Source of the DNA: an uncultured Candidatus Saccharibacteria bacterium
GTDB lineage: Bacteria; Patescibacteriota; Saccharimonadia; Saccharimonadales; SLHW01
DNA length: 36,251 nucleotides
Direction of reading: 5' to 3'
Assembly (NCBI GenBank): GCA_964527485.1
Contig: CAZGPJ010000001.1
Coordinates: forward strand, 1 to 36,251
This document shows, one piece after another, positions 27,569 through 35,449 of this stretch. Numbering within the stretch: the first letter of the stretch is position 1; every line of letters starts with the position of its first letter. The position numbers were made by a program, and so were the translations under genes. The notes beneath the pieces are model-generated. The model made no database searches, was not told the origin of the DNA, and saw only the letters and a program-made list of their open reading frames with translations.

Positions 27569-30226
27569 TTATTTTAGCGCTGGCCATCGTTTGTTCTTTT
27601 TGTCTCGAACAAATTCAATAGCTAAGTAGTAGTATGGAAAACAGAAGATAACGAGCAGAGTGCTGGACAGTAGCCCAAAGATTATCGTAATTGCAAGCGG
27701 TTCCCAGAATGGGTCAGATAGAGCAAGTGGAGAGAGCGCACCGATTGTAGTCAGTGTCGTCGTGATGATTGGGCGCAATCGTTGCTGCAAAGAAGTCGTA
27801 ATTGCTTTATCGGCCGCTAGTCCCTTGCGTCGCTGCTGGTTAGCAAAGTCAGTTAGCAAGATGGCATTATTGACAACTATGCCCACGAGACCGATCAGGC
27901 CAATAAGCACGAAGAAGCTCAAGGCATGATCGTAGATGTGCAGGCCAATACTCACTCCCAGTAAGCCGAAGGGGACAGCCAGCAGGATGAGAAGCGGTTG
28001 AGAAAAGGAGTTAAATTGCAAGACAAGCAGTAAATACATAAGGCCAACTGCGAGTAGAAAAGCAAACTGTGCGGATGCAAACGATTCCTCATTCTCTGAT
28101 TCCTGGCCAAAATCAAACGTTATATCATCGCTCGATAGGTCAAATGATGCTAACGCTTGGTCGTCATATTGTTGCTCAATTGCCGTCTTCGTTGCCGCAA
28201 GGGCTCCTGATACATCTTCGGCTTGAAAGCGGGCGCTAATTTCAATATAACGACGCCCTTCGTCACGACGAATCACAGACAGATCATCGGTGATACGAAC
28301 TTCTTCGATAGGGACAATTGAGCCGTCGGGGCGACTGACTGGCTCTTCGCGGAGAAAAGTGCTTACCTCACGCGCAAAGGCCAAACTATTTTGCGCATCC
28401 TCACCGTACACCTGCAGAGCAAACGGGAAGGACTCGGGCGGTGGCCCGGCATCGACTTGTCGCACAGAAACATCGGCGTTGGGCACCTCAGACAAGGCAG
28501 TATCTAGCTGCTCAACGTAGCTGCGTGATGAAGTTGAGCGTTCTGTGAAGGGCGCCAGCTCAATCTGAGCAGTCGCACCCCTATCTGATGCCTGCGGGTA
28601 GCTGATACGACGGATATCTTCAGAAAGGACGCCCCCTATAGTCTGATTCATCGTTGCCGTTAACTCTTGCGCTTCATCGATTGTGACCGAACTGTCAAAT
28701 GAGGCATCAATGCGCAATGAGTCTGAATCGTCAGATGGTGGAAAAATATTAAAGGGCAGTTGGCTTAATAAAAATAGACCATAGCCGATGCCGACAAGGC
28801 TTACGAGTACCATACTTATTCCTATGCCAGCTCGACGCCTCAGACTTTTCGTTACGGTCAGTTTCCGCGGCAGGAATAAACAGAAATTTTCGATAGAGTG
28901 AAGGATGCTTTGTCGTAACTTTGAACGATGACTTTTTTGCCCAAGTAGTGAGCTGGCAAAGAAGGGTATATAGACAATAGATACGACTAAGGATAGCAGC
29001 AGCGCGGTGATGACTGTTGTAGGGAGGATACGGATGAAGTCTCCGAGTATTCCGCTCACAAACAATATCGGTCCAAAAACGAGGACTGTCGTCAGGGTGC
29101 CAGCAGCAACTGCAAGCCCAACCCGTGAGATGGCTTCACGGACATGCTTGTCTCGGCGCGAACGCGAACCACGGCCTGCCTCTAGTGCTTCTGTTACGAC
29201 GATTGCATTATCAACAATGAGACCAAGCACCAACACAAGAGCAAACAAGACTATGGTGTTTAGTGTGTTGCCGCTCAAGTAAATACCGATGAGGGTTGCG
29301 CTAAGCACTGTCGGTATAAAAAGAGCAATAACAAGTGCCGCTCGCCAGCTGATAATAAAGCCAACGACCACGAGTACGGCAATAAGACCAGTAATGACAT
29401 TCTCTTGGAGAGAGGCGATCTGCGTGCGGATTCCGTCCGCAAAGCTAGCAGAAATGCGTGCTTCAACGCCATCGTCATCCCAGGCATTGGTCATATCGCT
29501 TACGGTTTCATCGAGCTCAATCTCGTCTGCTCCATCGGCAGCTATGACGCCAACAACGACACTTTCATAGGCGACAAATTGGCCGTCGTGAGCTTCGCCG
29601 TACCAGCTAAAACGTGTTTGTCTTTGTTGTGTCTGCCCGGATTCTTCTATTTGTACCTCGACAAATTGGCTTTCAACTTCTGCTCGCTGCACATTTGCAT
29701 CTTGCTCGAGCTCGATTGCAAGTGCCGCAGCGCTTTGCTCTAGGTCATATAGAGAAGGCAGGTCTTCAGCATCTGGCGCAAAGACGGATACGAGTAAATC
29801 GTATTCGTTATTGAACTGTGTCGCCGATATTGGATCAACCGAATACGAAACCGAAGAAGGTAATGCCTCATCAAGTTTTTGTAAGGAGTCCTGGATTTGC
29901 TCAGCTCCAGCACGAGATGTTGTCTCTCCTGAAAATTCAGATATGATAGTGAAACTATTTGGCCGAGCCGTCGATTGAACGCGCACGACTTCATCTAATG
30001 AACTGACCTGTTGACTCAGTGTGTCGACGACGGTCTCGTCAACCGTTTCAGCGTCATCGACAAAATAGGTACCTGACGTTACGGCAAACGGTACCTCAAC
30101 TGGTGGAAATCCCTCACGATCGAGTAAAGTTGTATAGCTGAACGCCCCAACGAGCAGGACGAGTAGCCATATCAAGAGCGAAGGGCGATATCTCCCGAGA
30201 GTGAGTGTACTTAGTTTCTCCAGCAT
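27569..30226 (-). CDS. RND-superfamily permease (AcrB-like, shortened to 885 aa)
   Basis: AcrB-type N-terminus (RPSLLIWLLVLLVGAFSYTTLLDREGFPPVEVP). Two blocks of 5-6 transmembrane helices are each preceded by a large soluble loop. Contains conserved LVLGLIVDNAIVV and GLVGIVVNNAILL. Confidence 0.85.
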   Translation of the reverse strand: MLEKLSTLTLGRYRPSLLIWLLVLLVGAFSYTTLLDREGFPPVEVPFAVTSGTYFVDDAETVDETVVDTLSQQVSSLDEVVRVQSTARPNSFTIISEFSGETTSRAGAEQIQDSLQKLDEALPSSVSYSVDPISATQFNNEYDLLVSVFAPDAEDLPSLYDLEQSAAALAIELEQDANVQRAEVESQFVEVQIEESGQTQQRQTRFSWYGEAHDGQFVAYESVVVGVIAADGADEIELDETVSDMTNAWDDDGVEARISASFADGIRTQIASLQENVITGLIAVLVVVGFIISWRAALVIALFIPTVLSATLIGIYLSGNTLNTIVLFALVLVLGLIVDNAIVVTEALEAGRGSRSRRDKHVREAISRVGLAVAAGTLTTVLVFGPILFVSGILGDFIRILPTTVITALLLSLVVSIVYIPFFASSLLGQKSHRSKLRQSILHSIENFCLFLPRKLTVTKSLRRRAGIGISMVLVSLVGIGYGLFLLSQLPFNIFPPSDDSDSLRIDASFDSSVTIDEAQELTATMNQTIGGVLSEDIRRISYPQASDRGATAQIELAPFTERSTSSRSYVEQLDTALSEVPNADVSVRQVDAGPPPESFPFALQVYGEDAQNSLAFAREVSTFLREEPVSRPDGSIVPIEEVRITDDLSVIRRDEGRRYIEISARFQAEDVSGALAATKTAIEQQYDDQALASFDLSSDDITFDFGQESENEESFASAQFAFLLAVGLMYLLLVLQFNSFSQPLLILLAVPFGLLGVSIGLHIYDHALSFFVLIGLIGLVGIVVNNAILLTDFANQQRRKGLAADKAITTSLQQRLRPIITTTLTTIGALSPLALSDPFWEPLAITIIFGLLSSTLLVIFCFPYYYLAIEFVRDKKNKRWPALK

Positions 30227-30235
30227 ACCAGTGGA

Positions 30236-30241
30236 ATTATA
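30236..30241 (-). promoter_or_regulatory. Consensus -10 box (TATAAT) 9 nt upstream of the RND ATG
   Basis: The minus strand reads TATAAT-TCCACTGGT-ATG. There is no Shine-Dalgarno and the -35 is poor. Confidence 0.35.
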
Positions 30242-30276
30242 CGGTACGTTGTCGAAACAGGGAAGACGAAGCTAGT

Positions 30277-31485
30277 CTATTCAGTGTCGGTTGGAGTAAA
30301 AAAGTCTGCATCTCGTAAGTTTTCAGGCAAGAAGCCTTCTTCTGGCTGGAAGCCAGCCTTCCACGAATAGCCTTGGCCATAGCCGAGATCTTTCATCAGT
30401 TTAGTCGGTGCGTTCCGGACATGGTTCGGAACAGGTGCATTGTGGTTAGCTTCTGCGGTAGTCTGGGCTTGGTGCATAGCGTCTGTGACGACACGGGATT
30501 TTTTACACTTTGCCAAAACCAGCGCACAATGAAATAAATTGTACTGACATTCGGGCATACCGATACGTTCAACCGCAGAAAAGGTACTTACCGCTAGGTT
30601 GAGGGCGCTTGACGCGGCGATACCAACGTCCTCACTTGCGAATATGACCATGCGGCGAGCGATAAATTTCGGGTCTTCGCCCGCCTGCAGCATCCGAGCG
30701 AGATAGTAGTAGGTGGCATTGGCATCACCGCCACGCATTGATTTTATGAATGCGCTAATAATGTTGTAGTGATTTTCTCCAGTTTTATCGTACGCGGGCA
30801 GTTGTTTTTGAGACGCGGCTACTACATCATCAGGTGTAATTTTGTGATCTTTCTTGAGCGTGTAGGCTAATTCAAGGTTACCGAGTGCTACGCGCGCATC
30901 ACCCGCCGAAGATTCAACGAGTATGTCGATTGCCTTCGATGTAATTGATGAATGTGAATACACGCGTTTCATGGCCCGCTTCATGAGAGAGCGGAGAGCC
31001 GACTTGCTTAATGGCTCAAGCACGAGAACCCGGCTACGACTGAGCAACGGGCTGATAACTTCAAAGCTTGGGTTTTCGGTCGTTGCACCAATCAGGATAA
31101 GTGTGCCGTCTTCAACATGTGGCAGAAACGCATCTTGCTGGGCTTTGTTGAACCGATGGATTTCATCAATAAACAACACTGTATCTTGCGCGAGACGCTT
31201 ATTGCCTTTGGCGTGTTTAATAACTTTGACGACGTCTGCTTTGCCAGCTGTGACAGCACTTAGCTCAATAAACTCCGCTCCCGTCTCTTGAGCGATAATA
31301 CGCGCAAGTGTGGTTTTGCCACTTCCGGGTGGCCCCCAAAAGATGAGGCTCGTGAGCTCTTTGTTTTCAATCAGCTTACGTAGTATTTTGTTCTTTCCAA
31401 GTATGTGCTCTTGACCAATAACGTCTGTAATTTTCTGCGGACGCATTCGCTCTGCAAGTGGCTGCTTTTCCATAGAACTACTCAT
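30277..31485 (-). CDS. rarA: Replication-associated recombination protein A (AAA+ ATPase, MgsA/RarA family)
   Basis: MRPQKITDVIGQEHILG...IFWGPPGSGKTTLARIIA, LFIDEIHRFNKAQQDAFLPHVEDG and the MgsA C-terminal domain (HYNIISAFIKSMRGGDANATYYYLARML). Confidence 0.92.
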   Translation of the reverse strand: MSSSMEKQPLAERMRPQKITDVIGQEHILGKNKILRKLIENKELTSLIFWGPPGSGKTTLARIIAQETGAEFIELSAVTAGKADVVKVIKHAKGNKRLAQDTVLFIDEIHRFNKAQQDAFLPHVEDGTLILIGATTENPSFEVISPLLSRSRVLVLEPLSKSALRSLMKRAMKRVYSHSSITSKAIDILVESSAGDARVALGNLELAYTLKKDHKITPDDVVAASQKQLPAYDKTGENHYNIISAFIKSMRGGDANATYYYLARMLQAGEDPKFIARRMVIFASEDVGIAASSALNLAVSTFSAVERIGMPECQYNLFHCALVLAKCKKSRVVTDAMHQAQTTAEANHNAPVPNHVRNAPTKLMKDLGYGQGYSWKAGFQPEEGFLPENLRDADFFTPTDTE

Positions 31486-32065
31486 CCTCTGGTGCGGGGT
31501 CTATTATCCGCTCGAGTCTGTTTACGTAGTCCGTATATCGAGTATGCAGCGAAAGATCCGGTTGGCGCTGCTGCGTAATAGCTTGCACTGATTGGTACCA
31601 CCACAGTTGTTGTGTACGATCTGAGTTGAATCGGTCCCACACGGCTGGGCCAATCTCATCAAAATCATGCAGCGTTGAAAGTAGGTTGTGCGTCTTGTCG
31701 GCGAGACTGACAAGCACAGCTTCATCACAGGCTGCGTTCGATAAGTGATCCAGATAGGCTTCATTTCTTTGACGCCAATCGGTAATGTGGTCGTTTTTGC
31801 TGACATCTTCGACTATACGTGTGACGCGCCCGCCAAATTCATTAAACATGGTTTGACGCGAATAATGCTCAGGCACATCCTCCAATATATCGTGAAACAA
31901 GCAGGCAATGAGTGTATCTTCGTCGTCCGTATCGCTGCTAGCAAGTAGCATGACAGAATAAGGGTGGATAATATAGGGAGTGGTGCTGACCTTGCGCATG
32001 TGATGGCGATGGGCTGTTGCAGCCACCCGGATTGCGCGCTCTAGTCGAGATGTGAAGGTAATCAT
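31478..32065 (-). CDS. HD-domain phosphohydrolase, SpoT/Mesh1-type (p)ppGpp hydrolase-like (small alarmone hydrolase candidate)
   Basis: AHRHHMRKVSTTPYIIHPYSV and LFHDILEDV motifs. The protein is 195 aa with no synthetase domain. Overlaps rarA by 8 nt. Confidence 0.75.
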   Translation of the reverse strand: MITFTSRLERAIRVAATAHRHHMRKVSTTPYIIHPYSVMLLASSDTDDEDTLIACLFHDILEDVPEHYSRQTMFNEFGGRVTRIVEDVSKNDHITDWRQRNEAYLDHLSNAACDEAVLVSLADKTHNLLSTLHDFDEIGPAVWDRFNSDRTQQLWWYQSVQAITQQRQPDLSLHTRYTDYVNRLERIIDPAPEDE

Positions 32066-32319
32066 TATTTTTGCAACACCCTAAACACAATAAGCAGAAG
32101 AGCAGCGCCTGATGTTGCAACAATAAGATTACCAGTGAAGCCATCAGTGGTTGAAATGTCCAGATAATCAAAAACAAAATTACCAATGTAGGCACCAATA
32201 ATGCCAATAAGAATATATAGCAGTATTCCATTTTTTTTGCCACCACCGATGAGCAGTGAGGCGATCCAGCCGGCCAATCCACCAATTAATATAGTCATGG
32301 TAGCCTGCGGTATGTTCAT
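32065..32319 (-). CDS. GlsB/YeaQ/YmgE-family small membrane protein (transglycosylase-associated)
   Basis: Gly-rich transmembrane helices (ILIGGLAGWIASLLIGGGKKNGILLYILIGIIGAYIGNFVF). ATG at 32319 has AGGAG 8 nt upstream. Its stop overlaps the HD-gene start by 1 nt. Confidence 0.8.
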   Translation of the reverse strand: MNIPQATMTILIGGLAGWIASLLIGGGKKNGILLYILIGIIGAYIGNFVFDYLDISTTDGFTGNLIVATSGAALLLIVFRVLQK

Positions 32320-32442
32320 ATACGTCACTCCTGTTACTGGGACCAGTATACCAGCACTAAAAACGCTTTGTCGTTATCGTTCGTTGGTTGTTCATTCACC
32401 CAATTCCGCGTATATTAAGCGTAATAACTAAGCGAGATATCT

Positions 32443-33480
32443 ATGGACAAACCAACAGCGGAAGATACAGTGCAAGAAATCAAAGAAGTCGATTTAGGCA
32501 AAAAAGAGACGGAGAACTCTGGCCGGCCAAAAAGCGAATATACACGAAAAGATCGCCACACAATACGTATAGGTTTGGCCCTGATGGTGGTAGTCCTCGC
32601 CGGAGCACTGTTCTACTTATTGAACTATGCTGAAAATTCTTCTACTCCATTAGCAACCCAAGATGATGCCCGGAGTACTTCAAGTCCAGTATCGGCACTA
32701 GAACAGGTTAAACTACAGGAAGTACCCTATGAGGGCTCGATCGAACGACAGCAATACATAGTTTTTTTCTCTGATGCTATTGGACATTTTGTCCCTATTG
32801 ACCCAATTCCAGAGACACTTTACCAGGCGAACATTGTAAAAGTTGACAGCTCCGCCCAAATTAATGAACACGATATTGCAGATGAATTGAAGGATAAATT
32901 ACTCGATGAATCATTCGAGTCGTATACACCAGAAAAACCTGAAATATCAGCCAATGATGATATTTACGGAATACGACGTTACCGTAACGCCAGTATTTAT
33001 TGTACTATCCAGGTTGCCCCATCAGCTTCACTGAGTGGTGCAAATACAGGAACTGAAACTGTGCCAGAGAATAATTATGGTTATGTGAAAAAGATGTGCG
33101 CTGACGAAAGCGAAGTTCGATACACTGCAGCAACGTTAAACGAGTTTTACACTGCGGCCATGAGCGATAATGATCCAACCGAAGGAGCCGAATATAATAC
33201 TGCCATACTTATACTTGATAGCGGGACACGGCTGTCGCCAATTGATGGCTACGAATACAAAGAGGGCGTATTAGGGAGTGTTGGCTCAACGGCTGCTGTT
33301 GGTATTACCTTTGTGCGATTTGAGCAACAAGACTGGGAGCCTTTTCGCTTCGGGCCGGGCAATACAGGATGTGACTCCTTTGACACGCAGCTTATCCAGA
33401 ATGCCTTAGTGAGCTATACGTGCATCCATCCGGAAACTGACGCAGAGACGACTGTCGGTTCCTACTACAATCTTCTGTAG
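32443..33480 (+). CDS. Hypothetical single-pass membrane-anchored protein with a large extracytoplasmic domain
   Basis: Charged N-terminus, one transmembrane helix (IGLALMVVVLAGALFYLLNY), a Ser/Thr-rich linker and a domain of about 270 aa with 4 Cys. I recognise no family. Confidence 0.6.
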   Translation: MDKPTAEDTVQEIKEVDLGKKETENSGRPKSEYTRKDRHTIRIGLALMVVVLAGALFYLLNYAENSSTPLATQDDARSTSSPVSALEQVKLQEVPYEGSIERQQYIVFFSDAIGHFVPIDPIPETLYQANIVKVDSSAQINEHDIADELKDKLLDESFESYTPEKPEISANDDIYGIRRYRNASIYCTIQVAPSASLSGANTGTETVPENNYGYVKKMCADESEVRYTAATLNEFYTAAMSDNDPTEGAEYNTAILILDSGTRLSPIDGYEYKEGVLGSVGSTAAVGITFVRFEQQDWEPFRFGPGNTGCDSFDTQLIQNALVSYTCIHPETDAETTVGSYYNLL

Positions 33481-33491
33481 CGTTTTTGTCC

Positions 33492-33917
33492 TCAATGTAT
33501 GATAAACCGCGCAACTTTAACGTGCTCGACATCTTGATTATTCACACTATGGTATTTATCTGAAATCTGAGGATCACGCTCAAGCTGACTGCCATCGTAA
33601 ATGCTGATAGCTGGAAGCCCGCCTTCGACAAGTGCATTGTCAATTGCAGCCTGCAGCGGGTCAATGGGGCCAAATTCTTGATGGTAGCGATATTCGGCAA
33701 ATGATTGTGCAAAGATGTATGCTCGCGGTGTACCGGCTGCAGTAGTGCCTAGGCTATGACCGCTCAGTATAAGTTTTTCGTGGTAGATGCCTTGGTCGCG
33801 GAGGGTATCGGCAATGATGCCTACAACCTCGCCGTCATAATCAAAGTCAATACCCGTGTACAATTCGATATCGCGTGTTGACTGACGTTTTTCTTCTAGA
33901 TGACGCAATCTTTCCAT
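33492..33917 (-). CDS. Hypothetical protein (141 aa) carrying a GHSLG motif
   Basis: Leaderless-type promoter: TTTACT, 16 bp, TATAAT, 6 nt, ATG. I recognise no family. Confidence 0.55.
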   Translation of the reverse strand: MERLRHLEEKRQSTRDIELYTGIDFDYDGEVVGIIADTLRDQGIYHEKLILSGHSLGTTAAGTPRAYIFAQSFAEYRYHQEFGPIDPLQAAIDNALVEGGLPAISIYDGSQLERDPQISDKYHSVNNQDVEHVKVARFIIH

Positions 33918-33923
33918 TCATAT

Positions 33924-33951
33924 ATTATACAACAAACTGATGTGAAGTAAA
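33924..33951 (-). promoter_or_regulatory. Promoter placed for a leaderless mRNA of the 33917 ORF
   Basis: Minus strand: TTTACT (33951-33946), 16 bp, TATAAT (33929-33924), 6 nt, ATG (33917). Confidence 0.55.
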
Positions 33952-34016
33952 TAATCAAGGATTGACTAAACCAGTGTATACTGGCACAAATAGACGAACC
34001 AAGAGGAATTATGTAG

Positions 34017-34409
34017 ATGACAAATCCGGAGATAAATCGACAACCGAGTCACCACTCAACCGTCCACGGTAACGAAAATGGCCATACATCACGTATGCCG
34101 GAAAAAATACAGGCGTTACCGATTCTACGAGGTGAACTCCAAATAGGTGAGTGGGCGCTGCAAGCTGCCTGTACTGGTGAAGATATTGAGATATTTTTTC
34201 CTGAGCTTACGCGGCATGAACAGACTTTTCGGGAGCAGATAAAGGAGGCCAAGGCAATTTGTGCAGACTGTCCGGTACAAGAGGAGTGCTTAGATTATGC
34301 CCTAGAGAATCACGAGGATATGCTCGGTGGAATTTTTGGAGGCTTGACCTACAAAGAGCGTTCACGTTTGGCCCGTCGAAGCAATCGGCAGCACCCACGG
34401 ACAGCCTAG
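34017..34409 (+). CDS. WhiB-like (Wbl) [4Fe-4S] transcription factor with an N-terminal extension of about 50 aa
   Basis: C-x29-C-x2-C-x5-C pattern (AACTGEDIEIFFPE...AKAICADCPVQEECLDYAL), a GIFGG turn (compare G[VI]WGG) and a basic C-terminus (KERSRLARRSNRQ). AAGAGGA RBS upstream. Confidence 0.85.
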   Translation: MTNPEINRQPSHHSTVHGNENGHTSRMPEKIQALPILRGELQIGEWALQAACTGEDIEIFFPELTRHEQTFREQIKEAKAICADCPVQEECLDYALENHEDMLGGIFGGLTYKERSRLARRSNRQHPRTA

Positions 34410-34531
34410 GCATAAAATGGCCTGACTGACTGCGTTTATTTATCCATATACATATGCCTCGTTTCTATTCGTCAATACGTCTGGTTACATGCACAAGATA
34501 AATACCACGTAAGTTCGTATAGGTTCGCGCT

Positions 34532-34561
34532 AAACCCGACACACTATAGTATGTCGGGTTT
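34532..34561. repeat. Copy 2 of the palindromic hairpin element. It is a likely bidirectional terminator between convergent genes.
   Basis: AAACCCGACACAC-TATA-GTATGTCGGGTTT, with 12 of 13 stem pairs. The 5' arm is identical to the 5' arm of the hairpin at 1615-1644. Confidence 0.65.
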
Positions 34562-34650
34562 AGCGACTCAGTAAACGAGGCTAAAGTGCGCGGCTAAGCA
34601 GATTTAATAGATCACAGTGTGCGGGGGCGTCCGTGCTCATTCTGTTGCTT

Positions 34651-35220
34651 TTATAAGTCAACGAGGCTATCGGAAAAAGCGCGTACTTCATCGTCAACAG
34701 CTTCTTTATATTCAGCTTGCCGTAGAATCAGTGCTGCTCCAACTTCGACGACATACTCCGAGCCATCGCGGGGGCATAATTCTGGCATGAACCGACCGAG
34801 CAAACGATCGAATGATTCTGACTGGGCCATATATTCACTCATCTCGTGAACTAAACGATGTTGTATCAGGGATTTCGGGTAATAACCATACGTGTGCCAA
34901 TAGTCTTCAAGAGATAGCTGCGCTGAATAGCCGGTCAAGGATTCGAGTATAAAGTGACCGAATACCATGCCACGGTAAGCAGCGTGTTGCAGCACGGTTA
35001 CCTCATCATCTCGAGAGGCAAGGATATAGCCGACGATTTCCGCATCACTGTATGAACTTACGTATCGACACATGTCCCCTATGTCGAAAAGACCTTCCTC
35101 TGCTGCATCATCGACAATAACCTGTATTGTGTCGTGCCAAGCCTGTTCGTTTATTGCCAGCCTTTGCCCGACACGACCAAACTCGGGGGTAAAACGTTGC
35201 GTCTGCTCACTAGAATCCAT
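34651..35220 (-). CDS. Hypothetical protein (189 aa, acidic)
   Basis: Long ORF convergent with the whiB-like gene. TAGACT lies 10 nt upstream of the ATG, and there is no Shine-Dalgarno. I recognise no family. Confidence 0.55.
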   Translation of the reverse strand: MDSSEQTQRFTPEFGRVGQRLAINEQAWHDTIQVIVDDAAEEGLFDIGDMCRYVSSYSDAEIVGYILASRDDEVTVLQHAAYRGMVFGHFILESLTGYSAQLSLEDYWHTYGYYPKSLIQHRLVHEMSEYMAQSESFDRLLGRFMPELCPRDGSEYVVEVGAALILRQAEYKEAVDDEVRAFSDSLVDL

Positions 35221-35420
35221 ATGTGTGGTTAGTCTAGTGGCTAAAACCGTAAATCACAATGCAAAATCCATAGAGTCGTAGTTGGAGAGCGCTGTCTTCA
35301 GCTAGGCGACGCATTGCGCCGCATGGTTGACCTACTGAGACCGATCGCATGTAGTGCCGTGAGGCAGCAAAGATACATTTGCATGATAAGCACCAATTTA
35401 CTTCGAGAAAAGCAGCGTCG

Positions 35421-35449
35421 TTGAGGAATTATCAGGGTACTGCTATAAT
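35421..35449 (+). promoter_or_regulatory. Candidate promoter upstream of the ATP-grasp gene
   Basis: TTGAGG (35421-35426), 17 bp, extended -10 TGcTATAAT (35441-35449). This predicts a leader of about 150 nt. Confidence 0.55.

Noticed and set aside
33971-33984. CCAGT-GTAT-ACTGG inverted repeat between TTGACT and the whiB-like start, considered as an operator.
   Set aside because: It has only 5-bp arms and occurs once. The TTGACT/TATACT spacing (9 bp) does not form a standard promoter, so I cannot place the site relative to a transcription start.
35228-35320. tRNA-like strings (TAGTCTAGTGGCTAAAAC and AGTTGGAGAGCGC) in the large intergenic region.
   Set aside because: I could not fold a cloverleaf. 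There is no matching acceptor stem, no TTCGAAT-type T loop, and the D-stem halves do not pair. At most this is a degraded fragment.
35323-35424. 34-codon ORF (MVDLLRPIACSAVRQQRYICMISTNLLREKQRR) in the intergenic region.
   Set aside because: It has no RBS and no appropriately placed promoter, and its composition is unremarkable. The candidate promoter at 35421-35449 overlaps its end.
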